From Spirochaetia bacterium (lineage in GTDB: Bacteria > Spirochaetota > Spirochaetia > SZUA-6 > Bin103): a stretch of 64,000 nucleotides of DNA. The first letter of the stretch is position 1; the number at the start of each line of letters is the position of its first letter. Location of the stretch: assembly GCA_965203055.1 (NCBI GenBank), contig OZ241863.1, positions 3,680,001 through 3,744,000 of the forward strand. Direction: 5' to 3'. The notes beneath the pieces are model-generated. The model did no database searches. It saw only the letters and a program-made list of their open reading frames with translations, and was not told where the DNA came from. Shown piece after piece: positions 42,593 through 51,822 of this stretch. The translations under genes and the position numbers were made by a program.

Positions 42593-42810
42593 CGGTCGTC
42601 GCCCCGGTAGGGCGTGAACGGCGGAAACGGCTCCTGGTTCGGCTCCACGGCGGCCACCCGGAGCGCCCTGGAGACCCGGGCCAACTCCGCGGCTACCCGC
42701 GCGCGAACCTCCAGCTCCTGGTCCGGCTCCGCGAACCGTTCGCCGTACCACTCGCGGAGCAGCGCCATGCGCAGCTCGACTTCCCGCTCGTCGTTCCCTT
42801 CGGCAGCCAT
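42589..42810 (-). CDS. Small protein, putative amidase accessory subunit
   Basis: 73 aa ending EPFPPFTPY; GTGA-coupled to the amidase, resembling GatC/AtzG-type partners. Confidence 0.55.
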   Translation of the reverse strand: MAAEGNDEREVELRMALLREWYGERFAEPDQELEVRARVAAELARVSRALRVAAVEPNQEPFPPFTPYRGDDR

Positions 42811-44357
42811 CAGCCGGCGGCCACCTCGAAGGCCGTCACGTTGCGCGTCTTGCGGCTGAACTCCACCCCGATCAGGTGGATCGGCTCCCCCCGACCGCGG
42901 TACTTGGCCGCGTAGCCGCGCTCCCGCAACTGCGCCAGCGCTCCCCCCGGCGGCGCCGTCTCCACCACCTTGAACTCGAACAGATACACGTGCCCTCCGG
43001 TCCGCACCGCCATGTCCAGCCGCCCGACCGCGCTCGACTCCTCCACCACGATGTCGTACCCCAGCGCCGCGAAGTAGGAATAGAACACGCTCGCGTAGTA
43101 CCCCTCGTAGCGCGCGATGTCGTTGTTGGTGTGCCACTCATACGGGATGCCGGCGAAGAAGGCGTGGAACAACTCCTGCAGGCCGGCGCAGTCGTGCGCT
43201 TCCAGCAGGCGCGCCAGACGGATGCTGTTCGCGGTCTGCCGTCTGGTGTCCTGCACCAGCCGGCGCAGCAGCACCCGGTTCAGGCTCTGCCGCACTTCCC
43301 GGTTCGGATAGCCCAGCCGATACAGCGGCAACCCGCCCAGCTCTTCCTCCCCCGTGATCGTCAGGTAGCCGGTCTGGAACAGCAGCGCCTCGGTGCCGAT
43401 GTGCTCCACGTCGAACGCCGACAGCAGGTCGTCGGTGCCGACCATCTCCTGCAGCGAGACCGACGACACCCGCCGCTCGAACAGCGTGTCGACCAGGAAC
43501 GCCGGCGTGCCGGTCTCGAACCAGTGGGCGGCGAACTTGCGGCGGCGCAGCAGCAGCAGCACGTCGAAGGGGTTGTAGACCGATTCCTCGCCCAGCCAGC
43601 GATAGCCGTTGTACCAGTCGCGCACCCGTTCCCGGTCCAGTCCGTCGAGCTCCGGGGCGAACACGGTGTCCAGGTCACCCTCGGTATAGCCGCAGATCGA
43701 GGAGAAGGCTGGGTCCAGCGTGATGTCGGTGAGGTTGTTGAGATCGGAGAACAGGCTCACCTTGGAGAACTTGCTCACCCCGGTCAGGAACGTGAACCGC
43801 AGGTGCGCGTCGCAGTCCTTGATCACGCCGTACACGCCGCGCAGATAGTCGCGGTTGGCGCGCGCCACTGGCGGCGTGTCCAGCGCTTCCAGGATCGGCT
43901 TGTCGTACTCGTCCACCAACACCGCGACCCGTTGCCCGCTGCGTTCGTGCAGCGACCTGATGAGATAGCCGAACCGCTCCGGCGCGGTGTCGTAGCGGGG
44001 GCGCACGCCGGCCGCCTGCTCCAGGCCGTCCAACTGCGTGGCCAGGTTGGCGTGCAGCTGGCCCGGCTCCTTGAAGTGGCCGCCGGCAAAGCTCAACCGC
44101 ACCACCGGATGTCGTTCCGACCAGTTCCAGGCGGCGTGGACGTGGAGCCCGGCGAACAGCGGCTCGTTGCCTTCGAACAGCTCCTTCAGCGTGTCCAGGA
44201 ACAGGCTCTTGCCGAACCGCCGCGGGCGCGACAGGAAGTAATGCTTCCCTTCGTGGAGCAGCCGTTCGATGAAGGTGGTCTTGTCCACGTAGTAGCAGTT
44301 CTCCTCCCGCAGCTCGCGGAAGGTCTGGATGCCGATCGGCAGCCGGCGCTTGGTCAT
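42810..44357 (-). CDS. AAA-ATPase-like + PD-(D/E)XK nuclease protein
   Basis: RPRRFGKS, LVDEYD, WYNGY, YNPF, EGYY, GRLD..FEFK. Confidence 0.9.
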   Translation of the reverse strand: MTKRRLPIGIQTFRELREENCYYVDKTTFIERLLHEGKHYFLSRPRRFGKSLFLDTLKELFEGNEPLFAGLHVHAAWNWSERHPVVRLSFAGGHFKEPGQLHANLATQLDGLEQAAGVRPRYDTAPERFGYLIRSLHERSGQRVAVLVDEYDKPILEALDTPPVARANRDYLRGVYGVIKDCDAHLRFTFLTGVSKFSKVSLFSDLNNLTDITLDPAFSSICGYTEGDLDTVFAPELDGLDRERVRDWYNGYRWLGEESVYNPFDVLLLLRRRKFAAHWFETGTPAFLVDTLFERRVSSVSLQEMVGTDDLLSAFDVEHIGTEALLFQTGYLTITGEEELGGLPLYRLGYPNREVRQSLNRVLLRRLVQDTRRQTANSIRLARLLEAHDCAGLQELFHAFFAGIPYEWHTNNDIARYEGYYASVFYSYFAALGYDIVVEESSAVGRLDMAVRTGGHVYLFEFKVVETAPPGGALAQLRERGYAAKYRGRGEPIHLIGVEFSRKTRNVTAFEVAAG

Positions 44358-44407
44358 CGGCTCAATCGTACCACGTCAGCCGCGCGCGGTTGGGGCATCT
44401 TCGATCA

Positions 44408-44473
44408 ATGAGTGTTTTCGGGTTGACCGGAAAGTACTCATGAGTATATTTGGACGCACCAGAAAACACTCAT
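44408..44473. promoter_or_regulatory. 66-bp symmetric double palindrome containing a sigma70-like promoter
   Basis: Two overlapping ATGAGT-N22-ACTCAT units; TTGACC-N16-TATATT inside. Confidence 0.75.
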
Positions 44474-45614
44474 GTCAGCGCCGCGCTACCTCACCCCCGC
44501 CGTCACCGCCGACCTCGCCGAGCGGATGGTGTTCGTCGGCGGGCCGCGTCAGGTCGGCAAGACCACGTTCGCGCTGTCGCTGCTCGGGGCCGGGAGCAAC
44601 GAGTCATCGCCGGCCTGCCTGAACTGGGACCATCTCGCCGACCGGGAGGCGATCCTGGCCACGCGCCTTCCGCCGGGGCAGCCGCGCGTCATCTTCGACG
44701 AGCTTCACAAGTACGCGGGATGGCGCGGCCTGATCAAGGGCCTCTACGACACGCACCGGTCATCGATCTCGTTCCTGGTGACCGGCTCGGCCCGGCTGGA
44801 CTACTACCGCAAGGGCGGCGATTCCCTGCAGGGGCGCTATCACTACTACCGCCTCCATCCGTTCACCCTGCCGGAAGGCGGCCACCTCACCGAGACTCGA
44901 TCGGTGGACCATCTGCTGCGGTTCGGCGGGTTTCCGGAACCGTTCCTGCGCGGCGAGGAGCGCTTTCACCGCCGCTGGCTGCGCGAGCACTCCGCCCGCG
45001 TCGTGCACGAGGACCTGCGCGATCTGGAGCAGGTCCGCGACGTGTCGCGGCTCGATCTGCTGTTGGCCCACCTGCCCTCCTGCGTGGGGTCGCCGCTGTC
45101 GGTCAACCGCCTGCGCAAGCTCCTGCAGGCGTCGCATGACAGCGTCGAGCGCTGGATCGCGGCGTTCGAGCGGCTCTACCTCTGCTACCGGGTGCCTCCG
45201 TTCGGGTCAGCCTCGATCAGGGCCGTGCGCAAGGAACGGAAGCTCTATTTCTGGGACTGGTCGCGCGTGGACGATCCCGGCGCCCGCTTCGAGAACCTGG
45301 TGGCCGGCCACCTGCTCAAGTACTGCCACTTCATCGAAGACACCGAAGGGTACGCGATGGAGCTGCGCTTCCTCCGCGACACCGACGGGCGCGAGATCGA
45401 CTTCGTCGTGCTGCGCGACGGCCGCCCGGAGTTCGCCGTCGAGTGCAAGAGCGGCGCGCGCAACGTTTCCCTTGCCTGCCGTTACGTGCGGCGCCGCACC
45501 GCCATTCCCCGCTTCTATCAGGTGCACCTGGGCGACGCGGACTTCGGCGACGCCGACAGCGACGTGCGCGTGCTGCCGTTCCCGACCTTCTGCCGCGAGC
45601 TGGCGCTGCCGTAG
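44472..45614 (+). CDS. AAA_14 ATPase with DUF4143 / nuclease-like C-terminus
   Basis: GPRQVGKT, FDE, VTGS, GGFPE, KLYFWD, FEN, EIDFV..VECK. Confidence 0.9.
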   Translation: MSAPRYLTPAVTADLAERMVFVGGPRQVGKTTFALSLLGAGSNESSPACLNWDHLADREAILATRLPPGQPRVIFDELHKYAGWRGLIKGLYDTHRSSISFLVTGSARLDYYRKGGDSLQGRYHYYRLHPFTLPEGGHLTETRSVDHLLRFGGFPEPFLRGEERFHRRWLREHSARVVHEDLRDLEQVRDVSRLDLLLAHLPSCVGSPLSVNRLRKLLQASHDSVERWIAAFERLYLCYRVPPFGSASIRAVRKERKLYFWDWSRVDDPGARFENLVAGHLLKYCHFIEDTEGYAMELRFLRDTDGREIDFVVLRDGRPEFAVECKSGARNVSLACRYVRRRTAIPRFYQVHLGDADFGDADSDVRVLPFPTFCRELALP

Positions 45615-45641
45615 CCCGCCTCCGGACCGCTTGGCGCAGGT

Positions 45642-46475
45642 TCAGACGGGCAGCACCTCACGCTGCACCTGCGTCACCTTGCCGGGAAACGTCTCCCCTC
45701 GGACCCACATGATCGGCATTCGCGCACCCCGGCCGGCAACCGCACCCTCCGCCCACGCCGCGCGGGCGCTGAGGTAGTGGGACACGTAACTGCGCCGGAA
45801 GCGACCGCTGTGGTTGTCGGTGCTCTTGTGCAGCAGATGGCTGTGGAACCAGATCACCGAGCCGGGCTCCGCTTCGAGCGCCACGCCCTCTTCGTCGCGG
45901 GTGTTGCGGGCGAGCTTGAACTCGCTCTGCTGCGAACCCTCCAGCGCGTCGTGCTCGACAATCGGGCGCCGGTGGCTGCCGGGGATTACGTACAGGCAGC
46001 CGTTCCCGCGGTCGGCGGCGTCGAACGCGGTCCAGGTTCCCACCGTGGTTTCAGTCGCGAAGCGGCTGCGGAAGTAGAACATGTCCTGGTGCCACGGAAA
46101 GCCGAGCCCGATCCGCGGCGCCTTCCAGATGTAGAGGTTGTTGATGCCCAGAATATCGGGGCCAAGCAGATCGACGACCGGGTCGATCAGCCGCGGATCG
46201 CGCACCCGCTGCAGGAATTCCGAGACGTAGCAACTCGGAAAGTGCAGCTTGTGCATGGCGTGGATCCCGGAACGCTGCTCGGCGCCGTCCCGAACCAGCG
46301 CGTTCCGGTCGACGTGCGCCGGCGGGAAGGGCCGCGTTCCGGCGACGATCTGCTCGGCGATGGTGTTCAGCCTGCGGTTCTCCTCGGCGGCGAATACGCC
46401 GGTACGGATGACGAACCCGTCCCGCTCCCAGGCAGCCCGTTCTTCGGCGCTGAGCCGATGCTGTCTATCTGACAC
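45642..46475 (-). CDS. Phytanoyl-CoA dioxygenase (PhyH) family protein
   Basis: PWHQD, NGCLYVIPGSH, LLHKS; AAGGAGG RBS. Confidence 0.88.
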   Translation of the reverse strand: MSDRQHRLSAEERAAWERDGFVIRTGVFAAEENRRLNTIAEQIVAGTRPFPPAHVDRNALVRDGAEQRSGIHAMHKLHFPSCYVSEFLQRVRDPRLIDPVVDLLGPDILGINNLYIWKAPRIGLGFPWHQDMFYFRSRFATETTVGTWTAFDAADRGNGCLYVIPGSHRRPIVEHDALEGSQQSEFKLARNTRDEEGVALEAEPGSVIWFHSHLLHKSTDNHSGRFRRSYVSHYLSARAAWAEGAVAGRGARMPIMWVRGETFPGKVTQVQREVLPV

Positions 46476-46528
46476 GGTTCCTCCTTGCACGCACCGGTCA
46501 GGTCTTGTCACGGCGCCGGTGTCGAATT

Positions 46529-47338
46529 ATGCTGCTTGCCGTGGCCCCGCTTGCAGACACCAGACCGAAGCGGCGCAGGATCGGCTCGGTGGTCAAGGGG
46601 TTACGCATTCTCGAGACCATAGTAGGGGCGGCGAACGGCATCAAGGTGTCCGAGATTGCGCGCGTCTTCGACATGCCGACCTCCAATCTTACCCTGTTCC
46701 TGAACTCGCTGGTGGATACCGGCTACATCATCAGAAACCCGGCGAACGGCAAGTACTACCCGTCCGAGAAGATCAACCACATGGCGGCGGCGATCGATAC
46801 CCCGTACACGCGCCTCACGATCAGCGCGCAGGAAGCGATGCAGGAGTTGCACGATCGTTACGACGAAAACGTACTGTTGGCGGTGTTGAACAACAGCTTC
46901 CTGCAATTCATCGCCACGCTCCAGTCCAGCCGCAACATCCAGATTCTCAACAATGACGATCGTTCTTTCATTCCCCACGTCACGGCCGCGGGAAAGGCGA
47001 TTCTGGCGTTCCTGCCGGATACTCAACTGCGCGTATACCTGGGCGGCGTACCGCGCGATCGATTCACGCCCAAGACCATCACCGAGGTTGCCGCGATACG
47101 CCGCGAACTGGAAACGGTGCGCCGCCGCGGGTACGCGATCAACCGCGGCGAGTACGAACCGGAAGTGATGGCGGTGGCGGCTCCGGTGTTGATCGATACT
47201 GCCATTCAGGGATCGCTGGTGGTTCAGTTTCCCACCTTTCGCTACCGCGAAGCGGACCTCGAAGCGCAGGCCGAACACATCGTGGCCGCGGCGCTGCGCA
47301 TCAGCCGGCGGCTCACCGATACCGGCACCGCGGCCTGA
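46529..47338 (+). CDS. IclR-family transcriptional regulator
   Basis: SVVKGLRILE HTH, TAAGKAILA, RGYAIN, VAAPV; start uncertain. Confidence 0.9.
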   Translation: MLLAVAPLADTRPKRRRIGSVVKGLRILETIVGAANGIKVSEIARVFDMPTSNLTLFLNSLVDTGYIIRNPANGKYYPSEKINHMAAAIDTPYTRLTISAQEAMQELHDRYDENVLLAVLNNSFLQFIATLQSSRNIQILNNDDRSFIPHVTAAGKAILAFLPDTQLRVYLGGVPRDRFTPKTITEVAAIRRELETVRRRGYAINRGEYEPEVMAVAAPVLIDTAIQGSLVVQFPTFRYREADLEAQAEHIVAAALRISRRLTDTGTAA

Positions 47339-47366
47339 TCGCGGCGGCAGGCGCGGCACCCCGAAC

Positions 47367-48506
47367 CTACTGCGCATAGGGGTCGGCGGCGTCGCGCATG
47401 CCGTCGCCGACGAAATTGAAGGCCAGCACCGTGAAGATGACGAACAGCCCCGGTATCAACAGCCACGGCGACAGCGCCACGGTCTGCACGTTCTGGGCTT
47501 CGCTCAGCAGCACTCCCCAGCTCACCACCGGCGGCCGCAGTCCCAGGCCCAGGTAGCTCAACGCGGTTTCGGCCAGGATCATGTGCGGCACCGCCAGCGT
47601 CAGCGACACGATCACGTAGCTCAGAAACGAGGGCAGCAGGTGGCGCACGATGACGCTGCCGTCGCTCGCGCCGGCTACCTTGGCGGCCGTCACGAAGTCC
47701 TCCTGGCGCAGCGCCAGCAGCTTGCCGCGCACCACGCGCGCGAGTCCGGTCCAGCCGATCAGCGACAGGATCACGGTAATTCCCAGATACACCTTGATCA
47801 CCGGCCAGTGCGGCGGCAGCGCCGCGGCCAGCGCCATCCACAGCGGAATGGTGGGGATCGAACGCAGAAACTCGATCAGCCGCTGCACGAACGTATCGAT
47901 CGAGCCGCCGAAATAGCCCGACACGCCGCCGATGCTCAACCCCAGCAGAAAGCTCAGCAACACGCCGATCAGGCCGATCGACAGCGACACCCGGGCGCCG
48001 TAGAGGACGCGCGAGAACATGTCGCGCCCGAGGCGGTCGGTGCCGAACAGGTAGATGGTGCCTTCGGTCACGCCAAACAGGTGCCGGCGAGAACGGAACA
48101 GTCCCCACATCCGGTACTCGGAGCCCTCCACGAGCAGGCGCACCGGAAGCACCTGCGCGCGGTCGGGCGTGTATACGTTGCGCCACGTGACCGGATCGAT
48201 CTCCCGCTCCAGGCCGTACACGAAGGGCCGCTGCAGGCGACCCTGGTGAACGATGCGGATGCGCTGCAGCGGCGCGAACAGCGCGTCGGAGTTGCGCTCC
48301 AGCGGGGTATAGGGGCTGAGGAACTCGCAGAACAGCCCGCCGGCGTAGAACACCGCCAGCACGGCAATGCCGAGCAGCGCGATGCGGTGCTTGCGCAGCT
48401 TCCACCATGCCAGTTGCCACTGCGAGGCGACGTAGCGTCGTTCCGCCGCATCCGGCGGCGCGCCGGCCGCGGCCGCGACCGGTGCCGGCGCGGTGGCTTC
48501 GCTCAT
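47367..48506 (-). CDS. Peptide/oligosaccharide ABC permease (OppC-like)
   Basis: FGTDRLGRD, ARVVRG, ETALSYLGLG, GDGMRDAADP. Confidence 0.92.
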   Translation of the reverse strand: MSEATAPAPVAAAAGAPPDAAERRYVASQWQLAWWKLRKHRIALLGIAVLAVFYAGGLFCEFLSPYTPLERNSDALFAPLQRIRIVHQGRLQRPFVYGLEREIDPVTWRNVYTPDRAQVLPVRLLVEGSEYRMWGLFRSRRHLFGVTEGTIYLFGTDRLGRDMFSRVLYGARVSLSIGLIGVLLSFLLGLSIGGVSGYFGGSIDTFVQRLIEFLRSIPTIPLWMALAAALPPHWPVIKVYLGITVILSLIGWTGLARVVRGKLLALRQEDFVTAAKVAGASDGSVIVRHLLPSFLSYVIVSLTLAVPHMILAETALSYLGLGLRPPVVSWGVLLSEAQNVQTVALSPWLLIPGLFVIFTVLAFNFVGDGMRDAADPYAQ

Positions 48507-48532
48507 CGCCGCGGCCCGCGCATCGCCGCCGC

Positions 48533-49522
48533 CTACCCCGCCATCCGGATGCGCGGGTCGAGCAGCGCCAGCAGCACGTCGGAGATGAAGGTACCCACCA
48601 CGGTGAGCACCGAGAGCAGCAGGAAGAACGCGCCGGCCAGGTACATGTCCTGACTCAGCAGCGACCGCAGCAACACCGGCCCGGTGGTCGGCAGGCTGAG
48701 CACCACCGCGACGATCGGCGCGCCGGAGATGATCTCGGTCAGGCTCCACCCGATGGTGCTCGCCACCGGGTTGAGCGCGATGCGCACCGGATACTTGAAG
48801 ATCAGCCGGCGTTCGTGGATGCCCTTGGCGCGCGCGGTGATCACGTACTGCTTCTCCAGTTCGTCCAGCAGCATGGCGCGGGTCACGCGAATCAGCCCCG
48901 CGGTCCCGGCGGTGCCCAGCACCACCATCGGCACCCACAGGTGGGTGAGCAGGTTCACGAACTTGCCCAGGCTCCAGGCCGCCGCCTGGTAGTCGGGCGA
49001 GAACAACCCGCCTACGCTCTGGCCGAAGTACTTGAACCCGATCCACATCAGGACCAGCGCGAGCATGAAGTTGGGGGTCGCAAGTCCGACGTAGCCGAGC
49101 ACCGTAAAGGAGAAGTCGCCCGCGGTGTACTTGTGCAGCGCCGAGTAGATGCCGATCGGGACGCCGACCACGAAGGTGAACAGCAGCGAGGAGATGGCTA
49201 CGATGGCGGTGAGCGCGAACCGTTCGCCGATCAGATCCCGAACCGGCTTGTTCCACTGGAACGACTGCCCGAAGTCGCCGCGCGTCACGATGCCGGTAAT
49301 CCACTTGAAGTACTGCACGAACAGCGGCTGGTCGAGGCCGTACTGCTGCCGCATGGAGGCCAGTTCCGACTCGGTCACCTCGGTATTGGCCTCCTCCAGT
49401 TGCGCGATGTAGGTGGAGAGATAGTCCCCCGGCGGGAGCTGGATCAGCACGAACGCGACCACCGAAACCAGCGCTACGGTGATCACCATGAAGACGAACC
49501 GTCTGAGCAGATAGTCGATCAC
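48533..49522 (-). CDS. Peptide/oligosaccharide ABC permease (OppB-like)
   Basis: LPPGD, GDFGQS, YVITARAKG, LDPRIR. Confidence 0.92.
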   Translation of the reverse strand: MIDYLLRRFVFMVITVALVSVVAFVLIQLPPGDYLSTYIAQLEEANTEVTESELASMRQQYGLDQPLFVQYFKWITGIVTRGDFGQSFQWNKPVRDLIGERFALTAIVAISSLLFTFVVGVPIGIYSALHKYTAGDFSFTVLGYVGLATPNFMLALVLMWIGFKYFGQSVGGLFSPDYQAAAWSLGKFVNLLTHLWVPMVVLGTAGTAGLIRVTRAMLLDELEKQYVITARAKGIHERRLIFKYPVRIALNPVASTIGWSLTEIISGAPIVAVVLSLPTTGPVLLRSLLSQDMYLAGAFFLLLSVLTVVGTFISDVLLALLDPRIRMAG

Positions 49523-49626
49523 GACGGTGCCCTCCTACGCTGCGCGGACGGGAGCCGGGACGGGCGGGCCGGCCCGGCTCCCTGAAGAAGACGCTACGCC
49601 CTCTTCAGCCGAAGCTCAGCCAAGGC

Positions 49627-51636
49627 TCAGCCGGGCCAGTACCATTGCTCGGCCTGGTACGGCATGAACATGAACGGCCCGCCCTGCCACATGCCCTCGG
49701 TGGGGGTGTTGGCCAGCTCCCGGTTGAACACGATCGGAATCGGCGGCATGCCGATGATCCCGATCGAACGCAGGCTGCGGGCGTGGATCTCCAGCATCTC
49801 CGCGCCGAGCTGCAGGTACTCGTCGGAGCCGGGCTCGGTCTGCTGCCAGCGGCTCGCCACGTCGTAGAGCTGAATCACGTCGTCGGGCGGCTGGACGCCC
49901 TCGGCGCCGCCGGTAACGATCCATCGCTCCCAGTCGCGGCCACTCTTGCGCGAGCCCCACTTCGCCAGGATCTTGAAGGCGCCGGGGTTCTGGAACATCA
50001 GCGCTTCCATCGACTCGCCGAGGTAGTAGACGCCGACCTGGATTTCGCCGGCTTCGCGCCGCGCCACGCCCAGGTTGCTCTCCAGCTTCTTGACCGCGAC
50101 CTGCACGCCGACCGCCTCCCAGTACTCCTTGACCAGTTCGGAGTAGTCGACGAACACCTGATGCACGGTTTCGACCGTCACCTGCAGCGGCTGGCCGTCG
50201 GGGCGCAGGCGGACGCTGCGGTCCGCGTTCCACTCCAGGCCCATCTCGTCCAACAGCTCGTTGGCGCGGTCCGGGTCGTACTCGGCGAAGTAGTCGCCGG
50301 TCCAATCCACGTAGAAGGAGGTATTGGGCAGCGCCGCCGCCTGCATCGGCTCGGCGCGGTCGAACGCCAGCACCTTGATGATTTCCTCGCGGTCGATCGC
50401 CAGCGACATCGCCTGCCGGAAGCGGAGGTCCTCGAAGATGGCGCGCAGCACCTCATCCTTGTAGCCGAAGTTGAAGTCGTAGGTGGTACGTCCGTTGACC
50501 GCCTGCGGCCACACCATCACGCGGTAGCCCTGCGCCTGTTCGTTCTCCTTGTACAGGGTGTACTCCTTGAGCGGCAGGTCCCACCCCACGTAGTCGAACT
50601 CGCCGCTGACCAGCTTCAGCGTGCGCACCTCCCGGTTCTCCACCAGCACGCGCACCTGTTCGTCGACATACGGCAACTGATTGCCGGCGGTGTCCACCTT
50701 GTAGAAGTAGGGATTGCGCGTGTAGTACTTGCTGCCGGCCGAGTCGACCCGGTCCAGCACCCAGGTATCGAGCGCCGGGCGGTCCAGGTTCTCGCTCGCG
50801 TCGCGCGCGATGCGCTGCGCCGCGAAGCGGCTGTACCAGTTGTCGAAGCCGGCCGCCTGCGCCTCGGCCTCCGCCGCGTCGTTGTAGTTGACGTGGAACT
50901 GCTCCAGATAGTGCCTCGGGTGCAGCAGGATCGGCTCGTGGGTCAGCGTCAGGATCGGCAGAATCGGCGGAAAGGGCACCGCGAACGAGAGCCGGAAGGT
51001 ATGGTCGTCGATCACCTCCAGGTCCATGAACTCCCCGCCGGGGCTGAGGTTGCCGGGCGTTACCGGGGTCAGCTCCTTGTTCAGCAGGACGTCGCGGTAG
51101 GCGAACTCCACGTCCGCGGTGGTGACCGGCGCGCCGTCGGACCACTTCAGCCCCTTGCGCAACGAGACCGTGATCGCCGACAGGTCGTCGTTCAGATCCC
51201 AGCCGGTTGCAATCGCAGCCACCACGGTGGTGAAGTCGGACTCGTAGGCGAACAGATTCTGCTGCCGGGCACGGTGGATGTCGAGTCCCGCGGTAGTGGG
51301 GCTCAACGCCGGCGCGCGAATCGAACCGCCGTAGGAACCAATGGCATCCTTGGGACTCACCACCATCGGCTCGTCGGGGAGCCGTTCGCCGACCGGTGGC
51401 AGGTCGCCGGCCGCCACCAGCGCGGCCAGCACCGGCGCCTCGTTGAAACTCGCAATCGTGTTGCCGGTTTCACGCTCGTAATCGGCCAGCGTGGCGTAGT
51501 TGATGATCTCGCCGCCGGTCGCCATCGCGGCGCCCGCGGCTTCGGCGGCTGCCGGTTGTTCTTCGTCCGCGCCCCCGAAGGCGAGGCCGGCCGTAAACGC
51601 CAACGCGGCCGCGGCCGCGTACCAACTTCGTCGCAT
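49627..51636 (-). CDS. ABC solute-binding protein family 5
   Basis: Signal peptide, GDLPPVGERLP, LRKGLKWSDG, RNPYFYKVD..GNQLPY, FRQAMSLAIDR. Confidence 0.92.
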   Translation of the reverse strand: MRRSWYAAAAALAFTAGLAFGGADEEQPAAAEAAGAAMATGGEIINYATLADYERETGNTIASFNEAPVLAALVAAGDLPPVGERLPDEPMVVSPKDAIGSYGGSIRAPALSPTTAGLDIHRARQQNLFAYESDFTTVVAAIATGWDLNDDLSAITVSLRKGLKWSDGAPVTTADVEFAYRDVLLNKELTPVTPGNLSPGGEFMDLEVIDDHTFRLSFAVPFPPILPILTLTHEPILLHPRHYLEQFHVNYNDAAEAEAQAAGFDNWYSRFAAQRIARDASENLDRPALDTWVLDRVDSAGSKYYTRNPYFYKVDTAGNQLPYVDEQVRVLVENREVRTLKLVSGEFDYVGWDLPLKEYTLYKENEQAQGYRVMVWPQAVNGRTTYDFNFGYKDEVLRAIFEDLRFRQAMSLAIDREEIIKVLAFDRAEPMQAAALPNTSFYVDWTGDYFAEYDPDRANELLDEMGLEWNADRSVRLRPDGQPLQVTVETVHQVFVDYSELVKEYWEAVGVQVAVKKLESNLGVARREAGEIQVGVYYLGESMEALMFQNPGAFKILAKWGSRKSGRDWERWIVTGGAEGVQPPDDVIQLYDVASRWQQTEPGSDEYLQLGAEMLEIHARSLRSIGIIGMPPIPIVFNRELANTPTEGMWQGGPFMFMPYQAEQWYWPG

Positions 51637-51703
51637 AGCACACTCCTTTGCCGGAGACGAGCAGGATGACACCCGGCCCTCGACACCCAGGGGACAGAAT
51701 TGA

Positions 51704-51773
51704 TATACACTATACCCCAATCGGGAAACAGTGTATAGCGAGCAATTATACGACCGGGCCGCCGGCATGTCAA
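51704..51773 (-). promoter_or_regulatory. Consensus sigma70 promoter with downstream operator-like inverted repeat
   Basis: TTGACA (51773-51768)-N17-TATAAT (51750-51745); TATACACT-N18-AGTGTATA at 51704-51737. Confidence 0.8.
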
Positions 51774-51822
51774 GTCAATCGGCCTGCCCTGCCGGCGCCC
51801 CCTTGACGCCGCGCGCGCCCGT

